A stretch of 64,000 nucleotides of DNA from Candidatus Iainarchaeum sp. (GCA_043808155.1 JAZDFD010000001.1:30122-94121), one strand, 5' to 3'; numbered from the stretch's first letter, positions 1-10,704 are shown. Translations and numbers: made by a program. The notes: generated by a model from the letters alone, not told the origin.

Positions 1-7
1 AAAAGAA

Positions 8-394
8 TTGAAAGGGCGACATCGAAAAAAAATAAAAACAACAGGTGTTGTTTTAAGAAAAACATCCGGGGAAACCTATGGTGGTGTTGACCGTTTAATT
101 GAAGGGGATATTAACCAAATAAATCCACGTGAAAAATACGATTTAATATTTTCAAATGCAGGCGCTACATTTTATACACGACTTAAAACCACTGCATTTG
201 AACGTGTGATTAGTTGGTTAAAACCAGACGGACGAGCAATACTTGAAATGGGCCACATGTCTGAAGATACACTAAATGAATTGAAAACACTTCTTATGCA
301 GAATGGAATCAAAAATTATGAACTTCGAAAAGACACTGCAGTAGGTGGAATTATTCTTGATTTTATTAAACCAGTACCCAAACTCCCAAAATAA
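8..394 (+). CDS. Class I SAM-dependent methyltransferase, C-terminal part (probably truncated by the window edge)
   Basis: 'IEGDI..INPREKYDLIFSNAG' and 'ISWLKPDGRAILE' match post-motif-I methyltransferase strands. Confidence 0.6.
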   Translation: MKGRHRKKIKTTGVVLRKTSGETYGGVDRLIEGDINQINPREKYDLIFSNAGATFYTRLKTTAFERVISWLKPDGRAILEMGHMSEDTLNELKTLLMQNGIKNYELRKDTAVGGIILDFIKPVPKLPK

Positions 395-440
395 TTCTTC
401 TTTAGCAACTAATTAATATAACTTAAAACATTATTTCAGC

Positions 441-1358
441 ATGGAAACTCTGGTTATTGCTCTTGGCGGAAATGCACTCATTAAACATCACCAAATTGGA
501 AATTATAAACAGCAACTTGAGAATGTTAAGGAAACTTCAAAACAGATTGCAAAGCTGATTAAGAAAGGTTATTGCGTTATTTTGACTCATGGAAATGGCC
601 CCCAGGTTGGGAACCTGCAGATTCAGATGATAGCTGCGTCTGAAAAAGTTCCTGCAATGCCACTTGATGTGGATGTTGCAATGACGCAGGCGCAGATTGG
701 TTACATGCTTCAGCAGAGTTTAAGGAATGAAATTCCTGCTGAGAAAGTTGCAACAATTGTTACTGAAATTGTTGTTGATAAAAATGATTCTGCTTTCAGA
801 AAACCAACAAAACCAATTGGACCTTATTACAAAAGCAAAAGCGAACTGAAAAAAGCAAAAATAAAAAATTTCATTTATGTGAAAGGGAAAGGCTACAGAA
901 AAATTGTTGCATCTCCAAAACCAAAAAAAATAATTCAGTTAGAGAGTGTGAAGAAACTCTCTGAAAAGAAACGGGTTGTGATTTGCTGCGGCGGGGGGGG
1001 GATTCCTGTTGTGAAAAAAGGAAATGATTTTTTTGGCGTTGAGGCAGTAATTGATAAGGACAGAACTGCTTCATTGCTTGCAAAGGAACTGAAAGCGAAA
1101 ACACTTGTGATTTTAACTGATGTTGAATTTGTTTATCTGAATTTTGGAAAAAAGAATCAGAAAAAATTAAGGAATGTGAAATTAAAAGAAATGAAAAACT
1201 ATCTGAAGGAAGGGCATTTTTCAGAAGGTTCAATGAAACCAAAAATAGAATCTGCAATTGAATTTATTGAAAACAGCGGGAAGGAAGTAATAATAACTTC
1301 TTTGAACAAACTGCTTTCAGCAAGGAATGGTAAAACAGGTACGCGCGTGATAAAATGA
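441..1358 (+). CDS. arcC: Carbamate kinase
   Basis: VIALGGNA, THGNGPQVG, KPTKPIGP, GGGGIPV, VEAVIDKD and GSMKPK motifs. Confidence 0.97.
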   Translation: METLVIALGGNALIKHHQIGNYKQQLENVKETSKQIAKLIKKGYCVILTHGNGPQVGNLQIQMIAASEKVPAMPLDVDVAMTQAQIGYMLQQSLRNEIPAEKVATIVTEIVVDKNDSAFRKPTKPIGPYYKSKSELKKAKIKNFIYVKGKGYRKIVASPKPKKIIQLESVKKLSEKKRVVICCGGGGIPVVKKGNDFFGVEAVIDKDRTASLLAKELKAKTLVILTDVEFVYLNFGKKNQKKLRNVKLKEMKNYLKEGHFSEGSMKPKIESAIEFIENSGKEVIITSLNKLLSARNGKTGTRVIK

Positions 1359-2296
1359 ACACATTAAAAGGACGGGATTTTTTAACACTGCAGGATTTTT
1401 CTAAAAAGGAAATTGCGAAAATGTTAGACAGAGCAGAAAATCTAAAATCAAGATATGCACGCGGCGGAGGCGCTAAAAAACTCCTGAAGGGAAAAACACT
1501 TGCAATGCTTTTTATGAAACCCTCAACTCGAACACGGGTTTCATTTGAAACAGGAATGTATCAGCTGGGAGGGCATGCAATTTTTTTGAATAAAGACCAT
1601 ACGCAAATTGGAAGGGGCGAGAGTGTTAAGGACACGGCGCTGGTGCTTTCACGATATGTTGATGGCGTAATGGCAAGAGTTTATGAGCACGAGTATTTGA
1701 AAGAGTTTGCAAAATGGTCTAGCGTCCCTGTGATTAATGGGCTTAGCAATTTTTTACACCCCTGTCAGGCTTTAAGTGATCTTTTTACAATACAGGAAAC
1801 TGTTGGAAAATTAAAGGGAGTTAATGTTTCCTATGTCGGAGAAGCAAATAATGTGTCAAATTCATTAATGATTGGCTGTTCAAAAATGAGTGTTGATTTT
1901 ACAATTTATTCTCCAAAGCAATTTCCTGTGAATGAAACAATTTTGAAATATGCAAGAAAAAATGCGGAAGAATCTGGCGCTGAAATTTTAGTAAAAACAA
2001 AAATAGATGCAACGCTTGAAAACTCAAAATTCATTTATACTGATACATGGGAATCAATGCACCAAAGATTTGATAAAAAAGAACTTGAAAGAATAATGGC
2101 ACCATTCCAAGTTAATGAATGCATGATGAAGACTCTGAAAAAAAGAAGAAAAATGTTTTATTTCATGCACGATCTCCCTGCACACAGAGGACATGAAATT
2201 ACTTCAGAAGTAATGGATTCAAAATATTCAATAATTTTCAGACAGGCCGAAAACAGACTGCATGCACAGAAAGCATTAATGAGTTTAATTCTTTAA
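1355..2296 (+). CDS. argF: Ornithine carbamoyltransferase
   Basis: STRTRVSFE, HPCQ, HDLP and QAENRLH motifs; overlaps the arcC stop (operon). Confidence 0.95.
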   Translation: MNTLKGRDFLTLQDFSKKEIAKMLDRAENLKSRYARGGGAKKLLKGKTLAMLFMKPSTRTRVSFETGMYQLGGHAIFLNKDHTQIGRGESVKDTALVLSRYVDGVMARVYEHEYLKEFAKWSSVPVINGLSNFLHPCQALSDLFTIQETVGKLKGVNVSYVGEANNVSNSLMIGCSKMSVDFTIYSPKQFPVNETILKYARKNAEESGAEILVKTKIDATLENSKFIYTDTWESMHQRFDKKELERIMAPFQVNECMMKTLKKRRKMFYFMHDLPAHRGHEITSEVMDSKYSIIFRQAENRLHAQKALMSLIL

Positions 2297-2692
2297 TCAC
2301 TGACCAGTGATTTTAATATAAAAATTTCTTAATCTCGGACCATCGAATTCACAAAAGAAAATGCTCTGCCAGGTTCCCAAAATTAGATTTGATTCGTGAA
2401 TGGGAATTGTTACAGAGTTTCCAATAAGTGAAGATTTGATATGCGCATCTGAGTTTCCTTCTGAATGTAAATAATTTTCATCTTTAGGAATTAGCATTTC
2501 AAGTTTTCTGCTTATGTCAAGAACAACAGCAGGATCTGCACCTTCATTAATTGTAATGCCTGCAGTTGTGTGCGGTATGTAAACTGTGCAAAAACCATTT
2601 TTAACATCTGATTCGGAAATTGCTCTCTGCACATCTTTTGTAACATCTATAAAATCTGTTCTTTCACGCGTGCTTAATGTTATTTTTTTCAT
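2297..2692 (-). CDS. yjbQ: YjbQ/UPF0047 family protein
   Basis: PHTTAGITINE, NSDAHIK and GTWQ..FFCEFDGPR motifs. Confidence 0.93.
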   Translation of the reverse strand: MKKITLSTRERTDFIDVTKDVQRAISESDVKNGFCTVYIPHTTAGITINEGADPAVVLDISRKLEMLIPKDENYLHSEGNSDAHIKSSLIGNSVTIPIHESNLILGTWQSIFFCEFDGPRLRNFYIKITGQ

Positions 2693-2725
2693 ATAGTCAC
2701 ATGCCTGTTCAATTCACAAATAAAT

Positions 2726-4018
2726 TCAAGGATATAATCTGTTCATTGTTCTTGGATAAGGAATTACATCTTTTATGTGTTCTAATTTGCATAACCATGT
2801 TGTTAATCTTTCAATACCCAAACCAAAACCTGAGTGTTGTATTCCGCCGAATCGTCTCAAATCAACATACCATTGATATGGTTTTGGATCAATATTCTGA
2901 GATTTCATTCTGCTTAAAATTTCATCCATATTCCAGCATCTTTCACCTGAACCAATTATTTCACCATATCCTTCAGGTGCTAGAATATCATTACATAAAA
3001 GATACTTTGGATTTTCAGGATCAGGTCTGTGATAAAATGGTTTTAGTTTTGCAGGATAATGAGTTACGATAATCGGTGTTTTGAAATCTTTAGTAATTTC
3101 ACGCTCTTCTTTTTCTCCTAAATCTGACCCGTGTTTTAACTTTGGAAATTTCTTTTGAGCTTCTTTCAGAATCTCATCATAAGTATATCTTGGCCATTTC
3201 TTAGTTATGGTGGGTTCTAAATCCTTTGGGTTTCTGCCTAATGCTTTGAGCTCTTTTTCATTATTTTCAATAACTTTTTTTGCCATGAATTTAACCATCA
3301 TCTCCTCAAAATCAAGCAGTTCAGATAGCCCCATCCATGCAAATTCACCCTCTGCATGCCAGAATTCTGTCACGTGACGGCGCGTTCTGCTTTTTTCTGC
3401 TCTGAAGGACGGAGCGATAGTATAAACATCTCCATGGGAGAAAATAAAGGTTTCAAGATAGAATTGGGAACTCTGAGTAAGATATGCTTTTTTGCCGAAA
3501 TATGGCACTTCAAAGAGTGTTGAACCACCCTCCACAGCACCAGTGACAAACATCGGACCCTGAACTTCAAGTACATTTCTTTCTTTCATAAACTCCCTGA
3601 AAGCCTCAAGAACTGTTGCTTTTACTTTCAAAGCATCAGTCATTTTTGAGGAGCGCATCCAGAGATGTCTTACATCTAAAATAAATGCTTCACTTAAATC
3701 TCTCTGGATTGGAAATTCATCTGCTAAAGAAATTATTTCAATATCATCTGCAACTAATTCAAAACCATTTGGCGCTCGTTTATCTTCTTTCAAAGTTCCT
3801 GAAAGTGAAACACTGGATTCAATTGTTGATTCTTCTGCTTTTTCCCAGATTTCATTTTTTAAATCAGGTTTTGCAAAAACACATTGCATTTCATTTGTTG
3901 TATCTCGGAGAAGAATGAAAATTTTCTCTCCAAACGCACGTTTTCTTTTAACCCATCCACGTAATTTGAACTTTCCTTTTTTCTTTTTTAAAGCTTGGTT
4001 GATTGTTGTAAATTCCAT
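2726..4018 (-). CDS. asnS: Asparagine--tRNA ligase
   Basis: OB fold; YLTQSSQFYLE; FRAEKSRTRRH; GFGLGIER. Confidence 0.93.
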   Translation of the reverse strand: MEFTTINQALKKKKGKFKLRGWVKRKRAFGEKIFILLRDTTNEMQCVFAKPDLKNEIWEKAEESTIESSVSLSGTLKEDKRAPNGFELVADDIEIISLADEFPIQRDLSEAFILDVRHLWMRSSKMTDALKVKATVLEAFREFMKERNVLEVQGPMFVTGAVEGGSTLFEVPYFGKKAYLTQSSQFYLETFIFSHGDVYTIAPSFRAEKSRTRRHVTEFWHAEGEFAWMGLSELLDFEEMMVKFMAKKVIENNEKELKALGRNPKDLEPTITKKWPRYTYDEILKEAQKKFPKLKHGSDLGEKEEREITKDFKTPIIVTHYPAKLKPFYHRPDPENPKYLLCNDILAPEGYGEIIGSGERCWNMDEILSRMKSQNIDPKPYQWYVDLRRFGGIQHSGFGLGIERLTTWLCKLEHIKDVIPYPRTMNRLYP

Positions 4019-4026
4019 AATCTCAC

Positions 4027-5343
4027 TTAAGGTAAAATTCTTTCAGTATCTCTTGGGAAGAGAACAACCTCTCTTATGTTTTCAATATTAAGTAATGTTT
4101 TTGTTATTCTTTCAATTCCAATTGCAAAACCGCCGTGCGGTGGAACACCATATTTGAAAAATTTAGTAAACCATTCTAAACTTTTTTCTGACATTCCTGA
4201 TGCATGCAACTGTGAAATGATTTTATCGTATCTGTGTTCACGCTGACCCCCAGAACTTAATTCAGTGCCTCTGAAATTTAAGTCTACGCTTCTTGCGTAA
4301 TCTGGTTCATCATCAACACGCATTACATAAAATGGTTTTATTGCAGAGGGGAATCTGTTGAAGAAATAAAATTCTGATTTGTGTTTTTTCTGCACATATT
4401 CCCAGAAAATATTATTTGCTTCTGCATCTAAGTCTTCGCCTCTTTTAATTTTGCATCCTTCTTTTTCTAAAATATTGTAAATTTCAGGAAATCTGAATTC
4501 AGGAAATGGTTTTGTGGGAACGTTTACTTTCACACCAAGTAATTCTAATTCTGCTTTGCAGTCTTTGTTTACTTTTGTCATTGCAGAAATAATCAAATCT
4601 TCCTGAAGTCTTATTGTGTCAGTTTCATCATTGAGGAACGCCATTTCTGCGGCAACAACTCTGTGTTCTGAGAGATGCTGAGTTGTGTGTGATTTTTCAG
4701 CTCTCCAGCATGGGCCAATATCAAATACTTTTTCAATTCCTGATGCAATTGATAATTGTCTGTGCAACTGCGGGTCCTGTCTTAAGAATACTTTTTTATC
4801 ATTGTGATAATTTACTGAAAAAACTTCTGAACCAGATTCAGAAGGTGCACCCATTAAACAGGGAGTGAATACTTGTGTGAAATCTTGTTTTAGGAGTTCG
4901 TCTCTCATTCCTTCAAGAAGTTTTGATTCAATCTTTATTATTGCCTGGTTTTCAGGAGTTCGTAAATCAATACATCTCCAGTCTAATCTGCTGGGCAATT
5001 CTGACTTTATTTTTCCGCTGATGTCAAGAGGTACGGGTGTTTCAGCACGTGCTAGTAATTCAACTTTTGAGGGGATTAATTCAACTCCGTTTGGGGCTTG
5101 TTTTTCTGCTTTCAATTCTCCAGTGATTATTACTACGCTTTCTTTTGTCAGATTGTTCAATTCTGAGAAAAGTTCTTCAGATACATTTGCTTTGTGAGCA
5201 GTGACTTGTACATAACCAGTTTTGTCCCTTATTTTCACAAACTTCAGTTTCCCAAAATCACGGATTTCAAAGACCCATCCCGCGATAGTTGCCTTTTTTC
5301 CGGCTAATTTCTTGTTTAATTCGTTTGCGTATAGTCTTTTCAC
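4027..5343 (-). CDS. aspS: Aspartate--tRNA ligase (archaeal type)
   Basis: OB fold; ELSSGGQREH; PPHGGFAIGIER; LFPRD. Confidence 0.9.
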   Translation of the reverse strand: MKRLYANELNKKLAGKKATIAGWVFEIRDFGKLKFVKIRDKTGYVQVTAHKANVSEELFSELNNLTKESVVIITGELKAEKQAPNGVELIPSKVELLARAETPVPLDISGKIKSELPSRLDWRCIDLRTPENQAIIKIESKLLEGMRDELLKQDFTQVFTPCLMGAPSESGSEVFSVNYHNDKKVFLRQDPQLHRQLSIASGIEKVFDIGPCWRAEKSHTTQHLSEHRVVAAEMAFLNDETDTIRLQEDLIISAMTKVNKDCKAELELLGVKVNVPTKPFPEFRFPEIYNILEKEGCKIKRGEDLDAEANNIFWEYVQKKHKSEFYFFNRFPSAIKPFYVMRVDDEPDYARSVDLNFRGTELSSGGQREHRYDKIISQLHASGMSEKSLEWFTKFFKYGVPPHGGFAIGIERITKTLLNIENIREVVLFPRDTERILP

Positions 5344-5400
5344 GAAAATTCCCCTTTATTATATATACAAGAGGTTTTTATAAAGTGTTTTGGGGATTTT

Positions 5401-6396
5401 TCAGAATTCCCCAATTGTTTTCTGCCCTGCGTCTACAAGGGCGCGTGCAGGGATTTTGAGTCTTCTCTGTACGTAAGCAGCAAATTCTTTGTCATAGCCG
5501 TGCATTGTAAGAACTAATTTTGGGTTTGATTCCTTTACATATTGCATAAGTTGACTGAAATCAGCATGATCTGAAAGAGAAAATAATTTGTCATATGAAC
5601 TTCCCCTCTGCCAGCCAGTTGCGAATGCAGTGAAAATCTTTTTTCCTGTGGAATAGGAAAGTGACTGCGCAAGACCTTTCTTCACAAGTGAGGGGGGAAT
5701 GATGATCACATTGCTTTCTTTAAGGTTGTGATTTAATTTTATGTAATCACCCAAATGTACGCTGTGGTTTTCATAAATTTTATTTATTTCAAAAACCGAA
5801 TCATGAACTAAGGGTGCGATTCCTGCATATTCATTACAAACTGCAGTTAATTCCTGTGCTTTTCCAATCGAATAACCTGCGAGAAGAACAAGCCCCTGCT
5901 TTGCGTTTTGTTTTATCCATGTTCCCATTTCATTATAGGTTTCTTCCCGCTCAGGAAATTCAAAACAGGGAATTCCAAAAGTACATTCAATAACTAAAAT
6001 ATCAGAATCTAAAACCTCTCCGCGTTTCATGAAAAGTGAGTCCTGAAGTTTGAAATCAGAGGTGATTACAATTCGTTCTGATTTTTTATTGTTCTCAACC
6101 AGAATTTGCGATGAGCCTAAAATATGACCTGAGTTATGCATACTCAGGGAGCAGCCATTTATTGGGATTTTTTCACCAAAATCAGCTGTCTGGCAGTTCT
6201 CAATTGGACCATAACGCGCTTCAACTAAATCTTTAGTTGCGTGTGACATTAAATATTTTGATTTTTTGTTTAAAGCTACATGGTCAGAATGCGCATGGGT
6301 AATGAATGCGTTTTTTGCCTTTGTTCTTGCGGAAGTATCTACTGCAAGCTCAGAATCCCTGCCAATGTTAATACCTCTGTCGTGAAAAATCTCCAT
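5401..6396 (-). CDS. Metallo-beta-lactamase/beta-CASP-type exonuclease
   Basis: THAHSDH, GHILGS, ECTFG and SDHADF motifs. Confidence 0.85.
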   Translation of the reverse strand: MEIFHDRGINIGRDSELAVDTSARTKAKNAFITHAHSDHVALNKKSKYLMSHATKDLVEARYGPIENCQTADFGEKIPINGCSLSMHNSGHILGSSQILVENNKKSERIVITSDFKLQDSLFMKRGEVLDSDILVIECTFGIPCFEFPEREETYNEMGTWIKQNAKQGLVLLAGYSIGKAQELTAVCNEYAGIAPLVHDSVFEINKIYENHSVHLGDYIKLNHNLKESNVIIIPPSLVKKGLAQSLSYSTGKKIFTAFATGWQRGSSYDKLFSLSDHADFSQLMQYVKESNPKLVLTMHGYDKEFAAYVQRRLKIPARALVDAGQKTIGEF

Positions 6397-6519
6397 CTAA
6401 ACCACTAAAAAAATTAAAGCATTAATAATAAAACATTCAGAAATAAAAACCCAACGTCAGGAATATAAAGAACCTTGTGTTAATATTAGTGAAATCCTGG
6501 GAAGAGGCTTTGATTCCAA

Positions 6520-7638
6520 ATGTCAAACATAAATAACACATTTAACAAATTAATAAATTCTATTGATGACATAGACAAGGAACTACTTAAAACCCGCTGG
6601 AAAGACATGACAAGAAATCTTTTCGTTAACACTCTGGAAAATAGTGTTACGTCTCTTAAAGAAAGCCAAGCACTACTAAAAGAGCTTAATTCTCAGCTTA
6701 GTTCTTTGGATACAGATGCACCTTCACTTGCAGTGATACTTAATGAGTTTGAAAAAACAATTATTGTTTTAGAGAAGAATTTGAAATTAGAGAAAGGGAA
6801 AACGCACTCAGGAGATTCAGTTGTTAATATTACTTCAATTTCAGAAGTTCCTGAATTATATGCTTCATTAGAGCACAAAATACTTGAACTTCTTCTGAAA
6901 ACGCGCTATGTTTTGGAAGATGTGGATTTGTTTTTGAGAAAGGAACAAATCACACCTGTGGATGAAAAAGCAGGTGCAAAAAACCTTGTTGAAATTCTCA
7001 GAAAACGTGATGAGGAAATGCGTGAATTAAAAGACAATCTTGAGAAACTGAAAAAGAAAAGTTTCTTTGGCTACATTCATGAGGAAAGCCCTGCAGATAT
7101 TGAAAAGGAGGTTCATGAACTTGCAAAAAAACTAGAAATAAACCTTGAACAGATGAAAAATAATTATTCATCTTATGGCGACAGGCTTGAAAGCATGGCA
7201 CATAATTTTTCACTTCTGAAAGAAAAAATAAAAGCTGTTGAAGAAATGTTTGATCAGTTTTCAGAAAAAAGTGAAGAACTTACACGCATTCTGAAAAAGG
7301 AAAGAGATTATGCTAAAAAAATTGTTTTAGAAGCAGATGGTGAAACCGGCAGAGTAAGAAGAAGTTATACACAAGAACTCCTGGGTATGCAGAAGGAAAA
7401 AGTCAAAGTACGTGAAGATTCAGAACTGAAATACAGAAAACAGATTGATGAAATAAAAAAGGACATTTCTGAAAAAGACAAAATGCTTAAAGAATTTACA
7501 GACATGCTTTCCAGAAGAGAGCACAAAATAGATGAACTTGAAGAAAGGAATAAAGAATTGAGGCTTTTACTGAAAGCTGGAGAAACCCATGCAAAAGCCA
7601 AAAAGACGTTCAAACAGAAAGCAAAACACAAAGAATAA
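6520..7638 (+). CDS. Long coiled-coil hypothetical protein
   Basis: 372-aa E/K/L-rich heptad-like ORF. Confidence 0.7.
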   Translation: MSNINNTFNKLINSIDDIDKELLKTRWKDMTRNLFVNTLENSVTSLKESQALLKELNSQLSSLDTDAPSLAVILNEFEKTIIVLEKNLKLEKGKTHSGDSVVNITSISEVPELYASLEHKILELLLKTRYVLEDVDLFLRKEQITPVDEKAGAKNLVEILRKRDEEMRELKDNLEKLKKKSFFGYIHEESPADIEKEVHELAKKLEINLEQMKNNYSSYGDRLESMAHNFSLLKEKIKAVEEMFDQFSEKSEELTRILKKERDYAKKIVLEADGETGRVRRSYTQELLGMQKEKVKVREDSELKYRKQIDEIKKDISEKDKMLKEFTDMLSRREHKIDELEERNKELRLLLKAGETHAKAKKTFKQKAKHKE

Positions 7639-7670
7639 ATTACACAAAGTTCTAATTATTGCGTGATTTT

Positions 7671-9164
7671 ATGGGATTTGATGATTCACGATTTGATATG
7701 TATGATAATGTAGGTTCCAGAAATGAAGATTATGATGCAGAACCTAGCCAGATAGATGCTGTGAAGCAGTATTTGCCAAAAATTGTCATTGCTATTGTTG
7801 TTCTTGCAGTTGCATATTTTGCCTATGATTATTTTATTGGAAGCGTGACTGAAGTTAGTTTTGATATTGAAAATACAGAAGGCAACAAAATAAACAGCAC
7901 AATTTTAGTTTATGATTCTCAGAATAATGAAGCATATAACAGTTCTTCAGGTAATAAAGCAAATTTGAGATTTGGAGATTACACTTACGAAGTTACTGCA
8001 AACGGTTATAAACAAGAGATGGGTGATTTCACAATAAGTGCAAATAATAAATCTGTTAAAATTGAAATAGAAAAAGATATGGATATTGAATTTGGTGCTG
8101 TTTCCTTTGCAGGGGGTTTGAGTCTTACAAGTCCTTTGCAGGGAACTGTTGAACTCAAAAATAATGATTCTGAAACTCATGCAGTTGAGCTTGTTTTTGA
8201 AGGTGATTTTGATGAATATGATGTTATCATATTTCCTTCAACTGCATCTGTCCCTGGAAACGGGAACTCCATAGTTAATGTTACTGCAACTCCAAAAGAA
8301 GGGACTGAAATTAAAAAAAGCAGTGGTGATTCTAAAAAAGGAACTATAAGAGTCAAATATTTAAACAGTGAGAAAGCTATACACGAAGTTAATTTCAAAC
8401 TTTATAAAGAAACTGAGATTGATACTCCTTCTAAAGTTACACTTAGTGTGAAATATAATGATTCAGACAATAAAAATGTGAAAATAGAAAATGATAATGA
8501 TTTTGAAATAAAGAATGTTAAACTCGAACTTGATATTTTAGGTTCAACAATTAATGACACAGATGACATTTTAAGCTGGATTTCATTTCCTTATGGTTCG
8601 GAAATAGATTCAATCCCTGCAAAAGGAGAACATGAATTTAAAATTCAGATTGATACACCACTTGATGCAAAAAAAGAAGACATTGAAGCACAGATACGCG
8701 TAACATCAGCCTCAACAGATGAAACAATTACAATTGAACTCAGTATTAAAATTACTGATGAAGCTGAAACCGCACTTGAAGTTTCAATCAGTTCAAGCGC
8801 GCAAAATATTGAAATTGAATGGGACATAGAATCAGAGAAATTTGAAAAAGTTGAAAAATACAATCTTGAAATTGATAACAAAGGCGACGTAACTATTTCA
8901 GAGATTCAGATTTCTGTTAAAAACAATGCAGAATGCATTACTTCCTGGTTAAGTATTTTATCACCTGCTGTTGGCACTCTCACTGCAGGCGATGATACTG
9001 AAGTTCCAATCACAATTTCTGCACCAAACGCAGTTTATGGGAAAGAAGCAAATTCTATTTCATGTGAGTTTGAAATTTCATATGATGACCCCTTTGGTGG
9101 ACCGCGTATAAAACAGGCGGTTCCCCAAAACATCCAAATAACTGCAAACTGGGAGGATGTGTAA
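7671..9164 (+). CDS. Membrane-anchored acidic surface protein with Ig-like (PEGA/CARDB/NEW3-like) repeats
   Basis: One N-terminal TM helix followed by beta-rich D/E/T/S/N repeats ('IDNKGDVTISEI'). Confidence 0.65.
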   Translation: MGFDDSRFDMYDNVGSRNEDYDAEPSQIDAVKQYLPKIVIAIVVLAVAYFAYDYFIGSVTEVSFDIENTEGNKINSTILVYDSQNNEAYNSSSGNKANLRFGDYTYEVTANGYKQEMGDFTISANNKSVKIEIEKDMDIEFGAVSFAGGLSLTSPLQGTVELKNNDSETHAVELVFEGDFDEYDVIIFPSTASVPGNGNSIVNVTATPKEGTEIKKSSGDSKKGTIRVKYLNSEKAIHEVNFKLYKETEIDTPSKVTLSVKYNDSDNKNVKIENDNDFEIKNVKLELDILGSTINDTDDILSWISFPYGSEIDSIPAKGEHEFKIQIDTPLDAKKEDIEAQIRVTSASTDETITIELSIKITDEAETALEVSISSSAQNIEIEWDIESEKFEKVEKYNLEIDNKGDVTISEIQISVKNNAECITSWLSILSPAVGTLTAGDDTEVPITISAPNAVYGKEANSISCEFEISYDDPFGGPRIKQAVPQNIQITANWEDV

Positions 9165-9167
9165 ATA

Positions 9168-9614
9168 ATGACTATGACACATTCAGATTTGTTTGGCAAG
9201 AAAATAGTTATTAGGAGTTTTTTTGTTACGCCCTTGATTTTTTTATTTATTGTTTTAGTAATGAGTTCTAATCCCAGCTTTGGAAATATAAGCGACATAC
9301 AAAAAGCTGTGCTCCCATTTATTGCAATAACGTTTGCATTAGTGGGAATTATATCTAATGTTTTTGCTAGATTTACACTTGAGCAACAATTAAAAAATAC
9401 AGAACAGGATTTTCCAATACTACTAATAATGATGACTTTTTCAGAAATACCAGTAATTTTAGGTTTGATTCTTACAATACTGCTTGAAGAAATAATATAC
9501 TTCTTTGGATTTTTTGTTTTAACATATTTACTAATGTTATGGAATTTCGGTCTTGTAAAAAACTGGGAACAGAAGATGCAAGAAGACCAAGACCAAACGG
9601 GGATGTATGCATAG
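9168..9614 (+). CDS. Hypothetical membrane protein (~4 TM)
   Basis: Hydrophobic segments; starts 3 nt after the previous gene. Confidence 0.6.
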   Translation: MTMTHSDLFGKKIVIRSFFVTPLIFLFIVLVMSSNPSFGNISDIQKAVLPFIAITFALVGIISNVFARFTLEQQLKNTEQDFPILLIMMTFSEIPVILGLILTILLEEIIYFFGFFVLTYLLMLWNFGLVKNWEQKMQEDQDQTGMYA

Positions 9615-9766
9615 CCCCTGGGGATATTCACACACAGGGGACTCCATTCGCGATAATCCAACCAAACTTTACGAGAATAGTGAGATCACAACAACTTATC
9701 TGATGAGTAAAATAAACAAGTCTGCAAAGGAAATCCTTATATATCATTTGTATACCTATTTGATGT

Positions 9767-10033
9767 ATGAGCAATAAAATGATTAATTTGAGATTGGGCA
9801 ATCGTCTTATCCAAGAGATTGACAAAGCAGTAAAAGAAGAGCTTTACGAGAACAGAACTGAATTTATAAGAGCAATTTTAAGGGAAAAACTCAAAGAACG
9901 AAAAACAGAGAAATTAATCCAGAATTTGAAGAAAAGACAGGGCGAGGGAAAGCGATTGGGGATCAAAGACCCTTCAGAAGAAGAGTTCAGAAAAATCAGG
10001 GAAAATACATGGGATAAATTACATGAATCATAA
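9767..10033 (+). CDS. Ribbon-helix-helix (CopG/Arc/MetJ) protein, antitoxin-like
   Basis: 'MINLRL....IQEIDKAVKEELYENRTEFIRAILRE' RHH pattern. Confidence 0.8.
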   Translation: MSNKMINLRLGNRLIQEIDKAVKEELYENRTEFIRAILREKLKERKTEKLIQNLKKRQGEGKRLGIKDPSEEEFRKIRENTWDKLHES

Positions 10034-10456
10034 TTCTTCAGGAAGAAAAGATTTTGTAATGTGATTGAGTTTCTCAAAATGCTTATCTCTAGAAACGACA
10101 ATTGCACCATAATCTCTTGCAAGTACTGCGCACAAAGAATCTGTTTTAGGAATGTTGAATTTCTTGGAAATTTTCCTAGCTTCTTCAACTTGCGTATCAG
10201 AAGAATCAATAAATTCAATTTTCTTCGCATTCAGCAATTCTTTAAACACGGTATTTTGCAGATGTGATTCATTACAATTCAATATGTTTTTAATTTCAAA
10301 AACAACGTCCTTTGGAATAATCAGAAAATATTTACAACTTACTGCGTTATTGAAAAACTGAAATGCGAATTCGCCAAGCGGTTTAATTGAATCTTTTCTA
10401 TCAAAATAATAATCAAGAAAAATATTTGAATCCACAAAGACTCTCTCAGCAACCAT
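10028..10456 (-). CDS. PIN-domain (VapC-like) nuclease
   Basis: FVDSNIF, D..CAVLA and VSRDKHF motifs. Confidence 0.88.
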   Translation of the reverse strand: MVAERVFVDSNIFLDYYFDRKDSIKPLGEFAFQFFNNAVSCKYFLIIPKDVVFEIKNILNCNESHLQNTVFKELLNAKKIEFIDSSDTQVEEARKISKKFNIPKTDSLCAVLARDYGAIVVSRDKHFEKLNHITKSFLPEEL

Positions 10457-10523
10457 AAAAAAATATTTGTTTTTACATTTAAAAATAGATTAGCAAGAGC
10501 TCATTTCCGGTGAACTTAAAAAA

Positions 10524-10595
10524 AGCCCCTGGGGAGATTCGAACTCCCGATCCCTTGTTTACGAAACAAGTGCTTTACCACTAAGCCACAGAGGC
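10524..10595 (-). tRNA. tRNA-Thr(CGT)
   Basis: Cloverleaf: GCCTCTG/CAGGGGC acceptor, CTTGT-TTCGTAA-ACAAG anticodon arm, GGGAG-TTCGAAT-CTCCC T arm, U73. Confidence 0.95.
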
Positions 10596-10645
10596 GCGCT
10601 TGATGACGATAATATCTTTGTCAATAAAAATAATTATATATTACC

Positions 10646-10701
10646 GTGGGATTGAACAAAGTGAAATCCCACATATATTCGCACTCGCCGGGCGCGACGG
10701 C
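10646..10701. repeat. Hairpin + 22-nt motif repeat, copy 1
   Basis: GTGGGATT..AATCCCAC hairpin followed by CGCACTCGCCGGGCGCGACGGC. Confidence 0.75.
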
Positions 10702-10704
10702 GAA

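Noticed and set aside
9699-9740. Hammerhead ribozyme core (CTGATGAG)
   Set aside because: No stem II followed by GAAA and no flanking stems.
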